From assembly GCA_046328255.1 (NCBI GenBank), contig JAXLWY010000005.1, forward strand, positions 22,930 through 86,929: DNA of 64,000 nt, given 5' to 3'. The notes under the pieces are model-generated. The model searched no databases. It was given only the letters and a program-made list of their open reading frames with translations, and had not been told where the DNA came from. Positions 10,310-19,624 of the stretch are shown in pieces. Origin of the DNA: Dehalococcoidia bacterium (GTDB lineage Bacteria; Chloroflexota; Dehalococcoidia; UBA2979). How positions within the stretch are numbered: the first letter of the stretch is position 1; the number at the start of each line of letters is the position of its first letter. The translations under genes and the position numbers were made by a program.

Positions 10310-10800
10310 ATCGACCTTTCGTCAGTCGTCACCGGCGCGTCCGCAGAGGCAGCACCACCCTCGGTGCCTCCTCGTCGCAGCGCCTGCTCCAGCGTCTTCC
10401 AACCCAGCGAGGCGCATTTCACCCGCACCGGGAACTTCGCCACCCCGAGCAGCGCCTCGACGTCCCCCAGGTCAACGTCCGAGGGCGCCTCGCCGCTGGT
10501 CATCATCTGCTGGAACGCCCCCACCGCCGCGAGGGCATCCGACACTGGTTTCCCGGCCACGTAGTCGCTCATCAGCGACGCCGAGGCCTGCGAGATCGAG
10601 CAGCCACGCCCGACGAACCCCACGTCCGCCAGCGCCCCGTCCTCGACGCGCGCCTCCACCTCGATCTGGTCGCCGCACAGCGGATTCGAGCCGTCCGCGT
10701 GCCGGTTCTGCCCCTCGACGTGGTGCTTCCGCTTCGGACTGCGGTAGTGCTCGAGGATGATCTCGCGGTACAGCTCGTCGAGGCCCGGATCAGCGACCAT
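10306..10800 (-). CDS. sufU: SufU/IscU-like Fe-S scaffold / sulfur acceptor
   Basis: NPLCGD, GRGCSISQASAS and VKCASL Cys motifs typical of SufU. Confidence 0.9.
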   Translation of the reverse strand: MVADPGLDELYREIILEHYRSPKRKHHVEGQNRHADGSNPLCGDQIEVEARVEDGALADVGFVGRGCSISQASASLMSDYVAGKPVSDALAAVGAFQQMMTSGEAPSDVDLGDVEALLGVAKFPVRVKCASLGWKTLEQALRRGGTEGGAASADAPVTTDERSM

Positions 10801-12046
10801 TGGACCCTCCGAAGAAGCGCGCCGCCTCCGAGATCGCCTCGGCCAGCGCGTCCACCTCCTCCGTCGTGTTGTAGATGTAGAATGACGCGCGCGCCGTCGC
10901 CGGCACGTCGAGCGCCGCCATCACCGGCTGTGCGCAGTGGTGCCCGGTCCGCACAGCCACGCCGTGGCTGTCCAGCACCTGCCCGATGTCGTGCGGGTGC
11001 ACATCCTCGAGGTCGAACGACACCACCCCGCCCCTCGACTGGGGATCGCTGGGCCCGAACAGCGTCACGCCGGGCACATCACCGAGGCGGCGCAGCGCGT
11101 AGTCCAGCAGCTCCATCTCGTGCGCGCGCACCTGCTCCATCCCCAGCGCCTGCAGGTAGTCGATCGCCTTTGCGAGGCCGATCACGCCCTCGATGTTGGG
11201 CGTTCCCGCCTCGAAGCGGTACGGGATCTCGTTCCACGTCGATTCCTCGAGCGTGACCGTGAGGATCATGTCCCCACCCCCGAAGAGGGGCTCCATCTGC
11301 TCGAGCACCTCGTGGCGCGCCCACAGCACACCCGTCCCGGTGGGGCCGAGCATCTTGTGTCCCGAGAACGCGAGGAAGTCCGCGCCGAGCTCGGTCACGT
11401 CCACCGGCATGTGCGGCACCGACTGCGCTCCGTCGACGCACACGAGCGCGCCCTGTGCATGGGCCAGGTCGGCCAGCTCGCGCACCGGCACGATCGTGCC
11501 GAGCGCGTTCGACACGTGCGTGATCGACAGCAGCCGCGTCCGAGGCCCGATCAGCCGCCGCGCCGCCTCGAGGTCCAGCGTGCCGTCAGGCAGCATCGGG
11601 ATGAAGCGCAGCACTACGCCGATCTCGTCGCGCAGCTGCTGCCACGGCACGATGTTCGAGTGGTGCTCGATCTCGGAGAGCACGATCTCGTCGCCCGCGC
11701 GCAGATGGTGCCTTGCCCATCCTCTCGCCACGAGGTTGAGCGACATCGTGGTGCCGCTCGTCCAGACCACCTCGTCGGGGCGCGCGCCGCCGATGAGCGC
11801 GCGCACCTTTTCGCGCGCGTCCTCGTACTGCGCCGTCGCCTCCTGCGAGAGCGTGTGCACCCCTCGATGGACGTTTGCGTTGGTGTCGCGGTAATAGCGC
11901 GTGAGCTCCGCGATCACCTGCACAGGCTTCTGCGACGTCGCCGCGCTGTCGAGATAGACCAGCGGCTTCCCGTGCACCTCCCGCTTGAGGATCGGGAAGT
12001 CCCAGCGGATCGCCCGCACATCGAACGGCCGCCGATCGAGGGTCAT
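10790..12046 (-). CDS. sufS: Cysteine desulfurase, SufS subfamily
   Basis: YLDSAATSQKP, SGHKMLGPTG (PLP Lys) and RTGHHCAQP active-site Cys loop. 418 aa. Confidence 0.95.
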   Translation of the reverse strand: MTLDRRPFDVRAIRWDFPILKREVHGKPLVYLDSAATSQKPVQVIAELTRYYRDTNANVHRGVHTLSQEATAQYEDAREKVRALIGGARPDEVVWTSGTTMSLNLVARGWARHHLRAGDEIVLSEIEHHSNIVPWQQLRDEIGVVLRFIPMLPDGTLDLEAARRLIGPRTRLLSITHVSNALGTIVPVRELADLAHAQGALVCVDGAQSVPHMPVDVTELGADFLAFSGHKMLGPTGTGVLWARHEVLEQMEPLFGGGDMILTVTLEESTWNEIPYRFEAGTPNIEGVIGLAKAIDYLQALGMEQVRAHEMELLDYALRRLGDVPGVTLFGPSDPQSRGGVVSFDLEDVHPHDIGQVLDSHGVAVRTGHHCAQPVMAALDVPATARASFYIYNTTEEVDALAEAISEAARFFGGSNGR

Positions 12047-12096
12047 CGTGTCCCCCTCAGTCCGAGGCCCGCCGCCCCCACGAGGTAAGCAGTCGC

Positions 12097-12353
12097 TCTC
12101 ATCCGTTCGTGGCGAGCCGAGGTCACCGCCGCCATCCCCTCGTCTTGAGGCTCCCCTGAGCGCAGTCGAAGGGCCTGCCGAACCACCCCGCGGTCCTCAA
12201 ATGGTTCGAATTCACGACTTCCCCGGTTCTCCCGCGCCGCGCTTCCACCTCGCACCCGCGCGATCGCCCCGATCGGGGAGCGTGAGGGCGGAACCCCTCG
12301 CGAAGAAGAGGGCAGAGGTGGGCGGGCAGCCAGCCCGGAGGGCTGTCCTCGTC
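12097..12353 (+). repeat. Composite dispersed GC-rich repeat (A module plus B module), copy 1, inside the suf operon
   Basis: 12146-12190 is about 90% identical to 25481-25520 (TGAGGCTCCCCTGAGC..GTCGAAGGGCCTGyCGAACCAC). 12275-12353 matches the B module seen at 14319, 23949, 25741, 27195 and 44340. Confidence 0.8.
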
Positions 12354-12357
12354 TTCC

Positions 12358-12693
12358 TCATCGCGGTGCCTCGAGGGGCGCGTCGCAGTCCACGAACAGC
12401 GCTCCGTCCTCGGTGACATGCACCGAGTAGGCGCGCACACTCTTCACCGCTGGCAGCGACAGCACCTTCCCCGTCCGTGCATCGAACTGCGCCCCGTGGC
12501 GAGGACACACCACGCGCCCGTTGCGCAGCCGTCCGTCGCCGAGCGCGCCACCATCATGCGTGCACACGTCATCGATCGCGAAGAACGACCCGTCGATGTT
12601 GCTCACGGCCAGCTCCAGCCCGCCGGCGCAGCGCATCACGTGCACCTGTCCGGGCGTCACCTCCGAGGCCTCACCGATCCGCTCTCGCGACAC
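12358..12693 (-). CDS. Rieske (2Fe-2S) ferredoxin-like protein
   Basis: CTHDGG...CPRHG Rieske motifs. GTG start with a GGGAG RBS. Confidence 0.85.
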   Translation of the reverse strand: MSRERIGEASEVTPGQVHVMRCAGGLELAVSNIDGSFFAIDDVCTHDGGALGDGRLRNGRVVCPRHGAQFDARTGKVLSLPAVKSVRAYSVHVTEDGALFVDCDAPLEAPR

Positions 12694-12700
12694 GGTCTCC

Positions 12701-12898
12701 CTACTTCCTGATCCGCGACGGCTCGGTCGCGTTCCGGCGTGCCAGCGGCGCCACCCAGTCCGAGTTTGCCCACTCGTGCTGACGGCAGACCGTCCGCTGC
12801 ACCTTGCCGTGCCGCGCGCACGTCGGGCAGCGGAAGTCCGAGGTGCGGTCGTACGCGCTCGCCTCGCGCGGCGACTTCGATTCGTCCGCCATCGTCAC
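12701..12898 (-). CDS. Small Cys-containing hypothetical protein (about 63-65 aa) within the suf operon
   Basis: Very high GC3 in this frame. CPTC...C..H residues. GTG at 12898 overlaps the sufD stop as GTGA; an alternative ATG is at 12892. It ends 7 nt before the Rieske start. Confidence 0.55.
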   Translation of the reverse strand: MTMADESKSPREASAYDRTSDFRCPTCARHGKVQRTVCRQHEWANSDWVAPLARRNATEPSRIRK

Positions 12899-14136
12899 GC
12901 GCCTTTCAGCTCGGCCGTCGCGAGCTTGTCGGCGACCAGCGCCGCCAGCTCGTCACCCATCCCCTCGATGGGGAAGTTGCCGATCACCGATTGGAAGAAG
13001 CCCGCCACCAGGAGTTGCAGCGCCATCCGGTACTCGAGGCCGCGCGACTGCAGGTAGAACAGCGCCTCGCCGTCCACCGGGCCCACGGTCGCAGCGTGCC
13101 CGCACTTCGCCACCGCCGCCGTCATGATCTCCAGTACCGGATCGGAGTCCGCCTTCGCGCGGTCCGAGAGCAGCAGGTTCCGGTTGGTCTGCATCGCCTC
13201 GCCGTTGGCCGCGCCCTCCCCCACGCGCGTCACCCCGTAGTAAATCGAGCGCGACGCACCCGCCAGCGCCGACTTGATCTCGACGTCCGAGACCGTCCGC
13301 GCCGCCACGTGGTCCTGCAGCGTCACGAAGTCGAAGTGCTGATCGCCGTCGCCGAGGGCTACGCCTCGGATGAGCGAGCGCCCGCCCTCGTGATCGAGGA
13401 CCGACTCCACTGCCTGCTTGAAGACCCGCCCACCGATGGCGAGCGTCGCCACCTGTACCTCGGCGTCCCGCTCTACGCGAGACCGGACGCTTGAGTAGTC
13501 CTGCGTGTCCGCGCCCCAGCGCTGATCGATCAGCAACCGCACGCGCGACGCCTGCTCCGCCACCACCTCGATGACGCCCGCGACCAGCAGCGGCGCGTCG
13601 CTCGAGCGCAGGCGTAGCACCACGGTCACGTCCGAGCGCTCCTGCGCGTACACCAGCACCCGAGGCAGCACCGCGCTCGCGGCACTCGAGGCGTTGCCGG
13701 CCTCGACGGTGATCACCACCGGCGCCTCGAACTGCGCGCCGGTCGCAGCGTGGACCACCGCGCCCTCGGACCACAGCGCCGAGTTCAACGCTGTGAACTT
13801 CCCTTCCGTCGCCGGGACCACGCTGCCGAGGCGTTCACGCACCACCTCCGGCGCCCGTTCCAGCGCCTGGGCGAGCGTGCCCGCGTGCGAGCCCTCGGGC
13901 ACGGTTCCCTCGATCGTCACGCGCGCCGCTGATGGCGGGAACGCCGCGATATCGAGCGTGGACACGTCCGTGTACTTCCACGGCCGCAGCCGCTGCGAGG
14001 GCAATGGCAACGCCGCGAACGCGCGCGCCGCCTCGGCTCGCCGCTCGAGCAGCCACTCGGGCTCCCCGCGCCCCCGCGCCCCCTCGAGGACTGCCGCCTC
14101 CGCCGCAAAGCTCACTGCCGTCTGCGTCGTCGTCAT
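12895..14136 (-). CDS. sufD: Fe-S cluster assembly protein SufD
   Basis: 413 aa. C-terminal SufB/SufD beta-helix region (NRNLLLSDRAKADSDPVLEI, EALFYLQSRGL). Position is downstream of sufB. Confidence 0.9.
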   Translation of the reverse strand: MTTTQTAVSFAAEAAVLEGARGRGEPEWLLERRAEAARAFAALPLPSQRLRPWKYTDVSTLDIAAFPPSAARVTIEGTVPEGSHAGTLAQALERAPEVVRERLGSVVPATEGKFTALNSALWSEGAVVHAATGAQFEAPVVITVEAGNASSAASAVLPRVLVYAQERSDVTVVLRLRSSDAPLLVAGVIEVVAEQASRVRLLIDQRWGADTQDYSSVRSRVERDAEVQVATLAIGGRVFKQAVESVLDHEGGRSLIRGVALGDGDQHFDFVTLQDHVAARTVSDVEIKSALAGASRSIYYGVTRVGEGAANGEAMQTNRNLLLSDRAKADSDPVLEIMTAAVAKCGHAATVGPVDGEALFYLQSRGLEYRMALQLLVAGFFQSVIGNFPIEGMGDELAALVADKLATAELKGA

Positions 14137-14318
14137 CTCGTCACCACCATCCGCGAGCCGCTGCCGCTCCGATCCCGTATTTCGCCAGCCTCAGCCGCAC
14201 CCACCCTCGTGGACCCTCGGCCCACTGCCTGTCACCTACGTGGCGCGGGAGGGCACCAGCGCCCCGCGCGACGACGAGGCCCAAGCCCCATCGACGCAGC
14301 CTCGGGCAACTCCCCAGC

Positions 14319-14395
14319 GGGGGCGTGGGGGGCGCAGCCCCCCACAGGGAAGGGGTGGGTGGGGGGGGAACCGGCCCGGCGGGGCGACCACTCTC
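14319..14395 (+). repeat. Dispersed repeat B module, copy 2 (between sufB and sufD)
   Basis: GGGGCGCAGCCCC hairpin-like box followed by GGGGTGGGTGGGGGGGG..CCGGCCCGGCGGGGCGACC. It aligns with the other B copies and abuts the sufB stop. Confidence 0.75.
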
Positions 14396-15812
14396 ATCCG
14401 ACCGCGCCTTCCATCTGCAGCTCGATCAGCCGGTTGAGCTCGATGGCGTACTCCATCGGCAGCTCCTTGACGATCGGCTCCACGAACCCGTTGACGACCA
14501 TCTTGGCCGCCTCTTCCTCCTTGATGCCGCGCGCCATCAGGTAGAAGAGCTGGTCCTCGCCGAGCTTCGAGACCGAGGCCTCGTGCCCGATCTTCACGCG
14601 CTCCTCGTCGATCTCCATCGTCGGATAGGTGTCCGAGCGCGACAGCGGGTCGAGCAGCAGCGCGTCGCAGCGCACCGTCGAGCTCGAGTCCTCGGCGCCG
14701 TCGTACACCTTCAGCAGCCCGCGGTACGAGGTGCGACCGCTCCCCCTCGACACCGACTTCGACACGATCGCGCTCGTGGTCCGAGGCGCGACGTGCACGA
14801 TCTTGCCGCCCGCGTCCTGGTGCTGCCCGTCGCCCGCGAACGCCAGCGAGAGGATCTCGCCGTGCGCGCCCGGCTCCATCAGGTACACCGAGGGGTACTT
14901 CATCGTCAGCATCGAGCCGAGGTTGCCGTCCACCCACTCCATGACCGCGTTCTCGTACGCGTAGGCACGCTTGGTCACGAGGTTGTAGACGTTGTTCGAC
15001 CAGTTCTGAATCGTCGAGTAGCGCACGCGCGCGTTCTTCTTGACGATGATCTCCACCACCGCCGAGTGCAACGAAGCCGTCGAGTAGATCGGCGCCGTGC
15101 ACCCCTCGACGTAGTGCACGTACGAGTCCTCGTCGGCGATGATCAGCGTGCGCTCGAACTGGCCCATGTTCTCGGTGTTGATGCGGAAGTACGCCTGCAG
15201 CGGCACCTCCACGCGCACGCCCTTCGGCACGTAGATGAACGAGCCGCCCGACCACACCGCCGTGTTGAGGGCTGCGTACTTGTTGTCACCGCTCGGCACC
15301 AGCGTCCCGAAGTACTCCTGCACCAGCTCCGGGTACTCCGCCAACCCCTGGTCCATCCCGAGGAAGATGACGCCCTGCTTCTTCAGGTCCTCGCGGATGT
15401 TGTGGTAGACCACTTCCGAGTCATACTGCGCGCCGGCGCCCGCCAGGAACTCGCGCTCCGCCTGCGGAATACCCAGCTTGTCGAACGTGTCCTTGATGTA
15501 CGCGGGCACGTCCTCCCACTTCGTCGAGTCGCGGTCGGTCGCGCGGACGTAGTAGTGGATATTCTCGAAGTCGATCGCGCCCAGCAGCTCGGGGCTACCT
15601 GCCCAGGGCGGGTTCCGCAGCTGCCGGAACGTCTCGAGGGCGTCGAGCCGGTTCTCGAGCATCCACTCGGGCTCACCCTTCATCCGGGACATCTCGCGGA
15701 TCATCTCCGCGTTCAGTCCCTTCTCCGCGATGAAGAGCGGCTTCACGTCGTCGTGGAAGCCCCACTTGTACTCGCCCACCGCCTCGCGGGCGCCCGGGTT
15801 CACCGTCGTCAT
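14394..15812 (-). CDS. sufB: Fe-S cluster assembly protein SufB
   Basis: 472 aa and highly conserved (FIYVPKGV, HSAVVEIIV, EASVSKLGEDQLFYLMARGI). The ATG overlaps the sufC stop as ATGA. Confidence 0.95.
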   Translation of the reverse strand: MTTVNPGAREAVGEYKWGFHDDVKPLFIAEKGLNAEMIREMSRMKGEPEWMLENRLDALETFRQLRNPPWAGSPELLGAIDFENIHYYVRATDRDSTKWEDVPAYIKDTFDKLGIPQAEREFLAGAGAQYDSEVVYHNIREDLKKQGVIFLGMDQGLAEYPELVQEYFGTLVPSGDNKYAALNTAVWSGGSFIYVPKGVRVEVPLQAYFRINTENMGQFERTLIIADEDSYVHYVEGCTAPIYSTASLHSAVVEIIVKKNARVRYSTIQNWSNNVYNLVTKRAYAYENAVMEWVDGNLGSMLTMKYPSVYLMEPGAHGEILSLAFAGDGQHQDAGGKIVHVAPRTTSAIVSKSVSRGSGRTSYRGLLKVYDGAEDSSSTVRCDALLLDPLSRSDTYPTMEIDEERVKIGHEASVSKLGEDQLFYLMARGIKEEEAAKMVVNGFVEPIVKELPMEYAIELNRLIELQMEGAVG

Positions 15813-16594
15813 GATGCCGCTCCTTCGAGCACACCGACTTCGCGCAGGATCGGGTCGTACCCGTCGGCCTCGATGCGGCGCGCCAGCTCGGCGTCGCCCG
15901 AGCGGACGATGCGCCCGTTGACGAGCACGTGTACGAAGTCCGGGGTGATGTAGTTCAGGATTCGCTGGTAGTGCGTGATGATGAGGACACCGAGCTCCGG
16001 CGTGCGCAGCGCGTTCACGCCCTCGGCGACGGTCCGCAGCGCATCCACATCGAGGCCCGAGTCGGTCTCGTCGAGGATGGCGAGGTCGGGCTTCAGCATC
16101 CCCAGCTGGAGGATCTCGGCGCGTTTCTTCTCGCCGCCCGAGAACCCATCGTTCACGTAGCGCCGCGCGAACTCCTCGTCCATCTTCAGCGTCTTGAGGG
16201 TCGACCGCAGCTCGCCGAGGAACTCCCGCGCCGGCACCTCCTCGCCGCGCCGCCCCTTGAGGGCCATCCGGAGCAGGTTCACCATCGTCACGCCCGGGAT
16301 CGCCGTCGGATACTGGAACGACAGGAACATCCCGCGACGCGCCCGCTCGTCGGCCGGCAGCGCCGTCACGTCCTGCCCCTTGAAGATCACCTGGCCACTG
16401 TCGACCCGATACGCGGGACTGCCCGCGACCGTCGAGGCGAGCGTGCTCTTCCCGGACCCGTTCGGTCCCATCAGTGCATGGATCTCGCCCGGCTGAATCT
16501 TGAGTGACACACCCTTCACGATCGACGTGTTCGGCGGCGCCGCCACGCTCACGTGGAGGTCGCGCAACTCGAGGATCGGCGTACCCGTGGTCAT
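15809..16594 (-). CDS. sufC: Fe-S cluster assembly ATPase SufC
   Basis: Internal start MTTGTPILELRDLHV at 16594. Walker A GPNGSGKST, signature FSGGEKKR, Walker B ILDETDSGLD. Confidence 0.95.
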   Translation of the reverse strand: MTTGTPILELRDLHVSVAAPPNTSIVKGVSLKIQPGEIHALMGPNGSGKSTLASTVAGSPAYRVDSGQVIFKGQDVTALPADERARRGMFLSFQYPTAIPGVTMVNLLRMALKGRRGEEVPAREFLGELRSTLKTLKMDEEFARRYVNDGFSGGEKKRAEILQLGMLKPDLAILDETDSGLDVDALRTVAEGVNALRTPELGVLIITHYQRILNYITPDFVHVLVNGRIVRSGDAELARRIEADGYDPILREVGVLEGAAS

Positions 16595-16683
16595 CCCCGC
16601 CAGCTCCAGTCTTCCGCCCGCAGGCGGTACCGCGCGCCCCGGCGTCCGAGGCGACTCATGCGTTCTCGGTCGCGCCTTGCGCG

Positions 16684-17385
16684 CTAGACCCCCGGCGACA
16701 TCAGCGGCGAGCCCGGCATGGGCCCCGTCGTCGCCGACTTCTGCACCACGTACTCGCACATGGACGCGCCTTCGACCGCGCGTGCCGTCTGCACCACCGG
16801 CAGCTCGAGCAGCAGCTCGATGGTGCGCCGGTCCGCCTCGCAGCACGCGTGGTTCTCCGTCGCCGTCGAGCGGTACGGGCATCCGACGTTCACCAGCCGG
16901 TAGGCGTCCCCGTCATCGATCACCTGCGTGAGAATGCCTTCGCCACTGAGCGCGTCGGCCACCTGGCCCACGCGGTCCGGCAACTCCGTCGCCGTCACGT
17001 GCGCCGAGTACTCGCTCGCCACGCCACGCGCGACCGCCTCGAACAGGCGCTGCACGAGAGCGTCGCCCGGCAACCCCGAGACCTCCGCCTCGGGCAGGCT
17101 CTCGAGGGCGGGATAGAGCCGGTCGAGAAGGCGCGCGTAGTTCGCCGCCGCCGTCCGCTCCTCGCCCGCCTCGCTGAGCGAGTAGACGAGGCCCGGCCGA
17201 CCGCGCCCCTGGCGCTCCAGCCGGCTCTCGACGAGGCCCTCCGCCACCATGATGTCCATGTGGCGGCGAATCGCCCCTTCGCTCACCCCGATCCGCTCTG
17301 CGAGCGTTCCCACCGAGGCGGGTCCCTGCTCGTGGAGCCACCGGATCACCTCGTCACGCGTCGAAAGCGGTCTGCGTTGCACCAT
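16684..17385 (-). CDS. sufR: SufR-like transcriptional regulator (winged HTH plus C-terminal Cys cluster)
   Basis: N-terminal HTH (SVGTLAERIGVSEGAIRRHM) and C-terminal Cys residues (GCPY...HACCEAD...MCEY). It is the first gene of the suf operon. Confidence 0.75.
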   Translation of the reverse strand: MVQRRPLSTRDEVIRWLHEQGPASVGTLAERIGVSEGAIRRHMDIMVAEGLVESRLERQGRGRPGLVYSLSEAGEERTAAANYARLLDRLYPALESLPEAEVSGLPGDALVQRLFEAVARGVASEYSAHVTATELPDRVGQVADALSGEGILTQVIDDGDAYRLVNVGCPYRSTATENHACCEADRRTIELLLELPVVQTARAVEGASMCEYVVQKSATTGPMPGSPLMSPGV

Positions 17386-17391
17386 GCCAAC

Positions 17392-17420
17392 ACGCTATCC
17401 CTGTCCCCATCCGGCGTCAA
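17392..17420 (-). promoter_or_regulatory. Candidate sigma70-type promoter for sufR (TTGACG-17 nt-TAGCGT), predicting a leaderless or near-leaderless mRNA
   Basis: On the minus strand the -35 TTGACG is at 17420-17415 and the -10 TAGCGT at 17397-17392. The sufR ATG at 17385 begins 6 nt after the -10. A second TTGACA lies at 17432-17427, in the only AT-rich patch of the region. Confidence 0.3.
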
Positions 17421-17480
17421 CGTTTTTGTCAAACTAATTGAGGAAAATCACCGCCCGATTCGTCGGCCGCCCGCGCCCCA

Positions 17481-17530
17481 ACCCGTTCGTGGTGAGCGGA
17501 GCGCAGCGGAAGCGAACCGCATCCGCCGTA
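17481..17530 (+). repeat. Dispersed repeat A module fragment, copy 3
   Basis: CCGTTCGTGGTGAGCGGAGCGCAGCGGAAGCGAACC resembles 23763-23795 and the GTTCGTGGTGAG boxes at 12106, 25473 and 44281. Confidence 0.6.
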
Positions 17531-17719
17531 GTCGGTAGACCCGATCTGAGTTCCTTCCGATATCCAGCGGAGCCGCCGCGCCGGGCCGCGACCTTGCGCC
17601 CTCCATCGAGGTGCACCCAGAGGCGTCGCCTCACCTCGATGCCCCACCGGTTGCCGCCCTCGCGCGCCCGCGCCTACGATGCCCGCCGCACACGAGCACG
17701 CACATCGAGGGAGCACGCG

Positions 17720-18142
17720 ATGGCCGACAACGTCCAGGGTCTCGAGGTCGGCGCCGTCGCCACCTTCTCCCGCCCCGTCACCCAGGCCGACATCGATCAG
17801 TTCGCGCAGGTCACCGGCGACACGAACCCTCTGCACAGCGACGCCGCCTACGCCGCCCGCACTCGGTTCAAGGCCCCGATCGCCCACGGTATGTTCGGCG
17901 TCGGCGCCATCTCCGCCGCCCTCGGGACAAAGCTCGCCCCGAATTCCGTCGTGATCTACCTCGCGCAGAACCTCCGATTCCGCGCCCCGGTCATGGCCGG
18001 TGACACGATCACCGCCACCTGCACCGTCACCGCCGTCGACGTCGAGCGCTCCCGCGTCTCCCTCGACACGAAGGTCTCGAAGCAGGACGGCACCGACGTC
18101 ATCCTCGGCGACGCTCAGGTCATGGTCGAAGCCCTCGGATAG
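17720..18142 (+). CDS. MaoC-like (R)-specific enoyl-CoA hydratase / dehydratase (single hotdog)
   Basis: Start MADNVQGLEVG at 17720 after a GAGGGA RBS. Hydratase-2 motif FAQVTGDTNPLHSD. 140 aa. Confidence 0.85.
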   Translation: MADNVQGLEVGAVATFSRPVTQADIDQFAQVTGDTNPLHSDAAYAARTRFKAPIAHGMFGVGAISAALGTKLAPNSVVIYLAQNLRFRAPVMAGDTITATCTVTAVDVERSRVSLDTKVSKQDGTDVILGDAQVMVEALG

Positions 18143-18175
18143 CGGGCCCCCGAGGGCTACCCGCCGGAACCGTCG

Positions 18176-18550
18176 ATGAACCTCGTCCTCTGGGTGCTCC
18201 AGGCCGCCCTCGCCTTCCTCTACTTCGCGGGGGGCGCCTACAAGGTGGTCGCCTCCGACGAGCTGGCGACCAGCCTCATCGCACTCCCGCGCAATGGCTG
18301 GTCCGTGCTCGGCATCATCGAGATGGTGGGCGCAGCGCTTCTGATCGTCCCTGCCGCCACGAGGTGGAGGCCCTCGCTCACCGGCCTCGCCGCGATCGTG
18401 CTCGCCGTTGAGACGCTCGGGCTCGCCGCCCTCTACGCGCGCTCCTCCCTCGAGTTCGCTGCGACCAATCCCCTCTGGTGGGCTGCGGCGATGGGACTCC
18501 TCGCCGCCGTCATCGCCTACGCGCGGCTGCACCTCCGCCCGATCGCCTGA
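18176..18550 (+). CDS. DoxX-like family small membrane protein
   Basis: 124 aa with four hydrophobic helices. The N-terminus LQAALAFLYFAGGAYKV is typical of DoxX-like proteins. Confidence 0.6.
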   Translation: MNLVLWVLQAALAFLYFAGGAYKVVASDELATSLIALPRNGWSVLGIIEMVGAALLIVPAATRWRPSLTGLAAIVLAVETLGLAALYARSSLEFAATNPLWWAAAMGLLAAVIAYARLHLRPIA

Positions 18551-18596
18551 CGCACTCGACGGCGCCGCCCGCGCCAGTCGCGACGCGCCACACAAC

Positions 18597-18618
18597 GAGG
18601 GGGCCATGCGGCCCCCTC
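18597..18618. terminator. GC-rich hairpin between convergent genes (candidate bidirectional terminator)
   Basis: GAGGGGGCC-atgc-GGCCCCCTC, a perfect 9-bp stem, lying between the DoxX-like stop (18550) and the methyltransferase stop (18645). The T tract after it is weak. Confidence 0.45.
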
Positions 18619-18644
18619 GTCCGGTCCCGGTTTCGTCGCCGGCG

Positions 18645-19481
18645 CTATGCCCGAGTTCCCACCACCTGCAGGTACTCGGCGTCCACCACGGTCCGGTGCG
18701 GACTGACCGACTCGTTGGCCTCGCGCCACAGCGCGACCAGCGCGTCGCGGAGCCCCTCGCGCTCCGGCCCCTCGAGCTTTGCGAACGCCATCGTCATCGG
18801 CCCGTAGTGCTCCCGGAAGAACTCCACTGTCCGCTCCGGCGCGAACGGATACTCGAAGCGGTACATCACGCGCTCCAGGTCGAGCCGCGTCAGCCCCGAG
18901 GCGAAGCGCTCGCGCACCGTCGTCTCGTCGCCCCACAGCACCGGCGAGGGCATCCCGGGGGGCGCCACGAACCGGCCGATCGTCGCCAGCATCTGCCCGA
19001 TGAAACCCTCCTTCGTCCAGTTCGCCATCGCGATCGTGCCGCCCGGCCGCGTCACCCGCAGCAGCTCCGAGGCCACCAGCTCCGGTCGAGGGGCGAACAT
19101 CGCGCCGTAGATCGTTGCGGTCACATCGAAGCGCGCGTCCTCGTAGGGAAGCGCCTCCGCGTCACCCACCTCGAAGTGCGCGTCCAGCCCCTCCGCGGTG
19201 GCGCGGCCGCGCGCCGCCTCGATCCAGGCCGGCACGAGGTCGACACCGTGCACCCGGGCGCCGCGCCGCGCTGCGATCAGGCTCAGCTGCCCCGATCCGC
19301 ACGCCACATCGAGGAGTTCCGTCCCCGGCCGCACCGGCAGGCGGTCGAGGAACTCCGCCGCGCTCGGCTCCATGAACCGCGAGAAGAAGTCGTAGTTGCC
19401 GGCGCTCCACGTCGCCGCGAGTCGCTCCTTCAGGCCGGCCATCTCCGCCGTCACCGCACCGCTCGTTGTCGTCGTGGTCAT
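18645..19481 (-). CDS. Class I SAM-dependent methyltransferase
   Basis: Motif I LLDVACGSGQLS and motif post-I VHGVDL. 278 aa. Confidence 0.8.
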   Translation of the reverse strand: MTTTTTSGAVTAEMAGLKERLAATWSAGNYDFFSRFMEPSAAEFLDRLPVRPGTELLDVACGSGQLSLIAARRGARVHGVDLVPAWIEAARGRATAEGLDAHFEVGDAEALPYEDARFDVTATIYGAMFAPRPELVASELLRVTRPGGTIAMANWTKEGFIGQMLATIGRFVAPPGMPSPVLWGDETTVRERFASGLTRLDLERVMYRFEYPFAPERTVEFFREHYGPMTMAFAKLEGPEREGLRDALVALWREANESVSPHRTVVDAEYLQVVGTRA

Positions 19482-19624
19482 CTCGAAACCTCCCGGTCGT
19501 CCGCCGGCACCCGCCGGCCACGGGAGTCACTATGGCTCCAGCCTCCCCGCGCAGCTTGGCCCCGCGTCCGCCTTCCATTGCCGAGCGAACGGACTTTCCT
19601 GCGGGACGTACACTCCACGGCACG

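Noticed and set aside
12190-12210. tRNA-like GGTTCGAAT box inside repeat copy 1
   Set aside because: No acceptor, D or anticodon arms can be folded around it. It is part of the repeat A module.
13932-15953. 673-aa ORF antisense to sufB/sufD
   Set aside because: Arg/Pro/His-rich shadow ORF opposite two highly conserved SUF genes.
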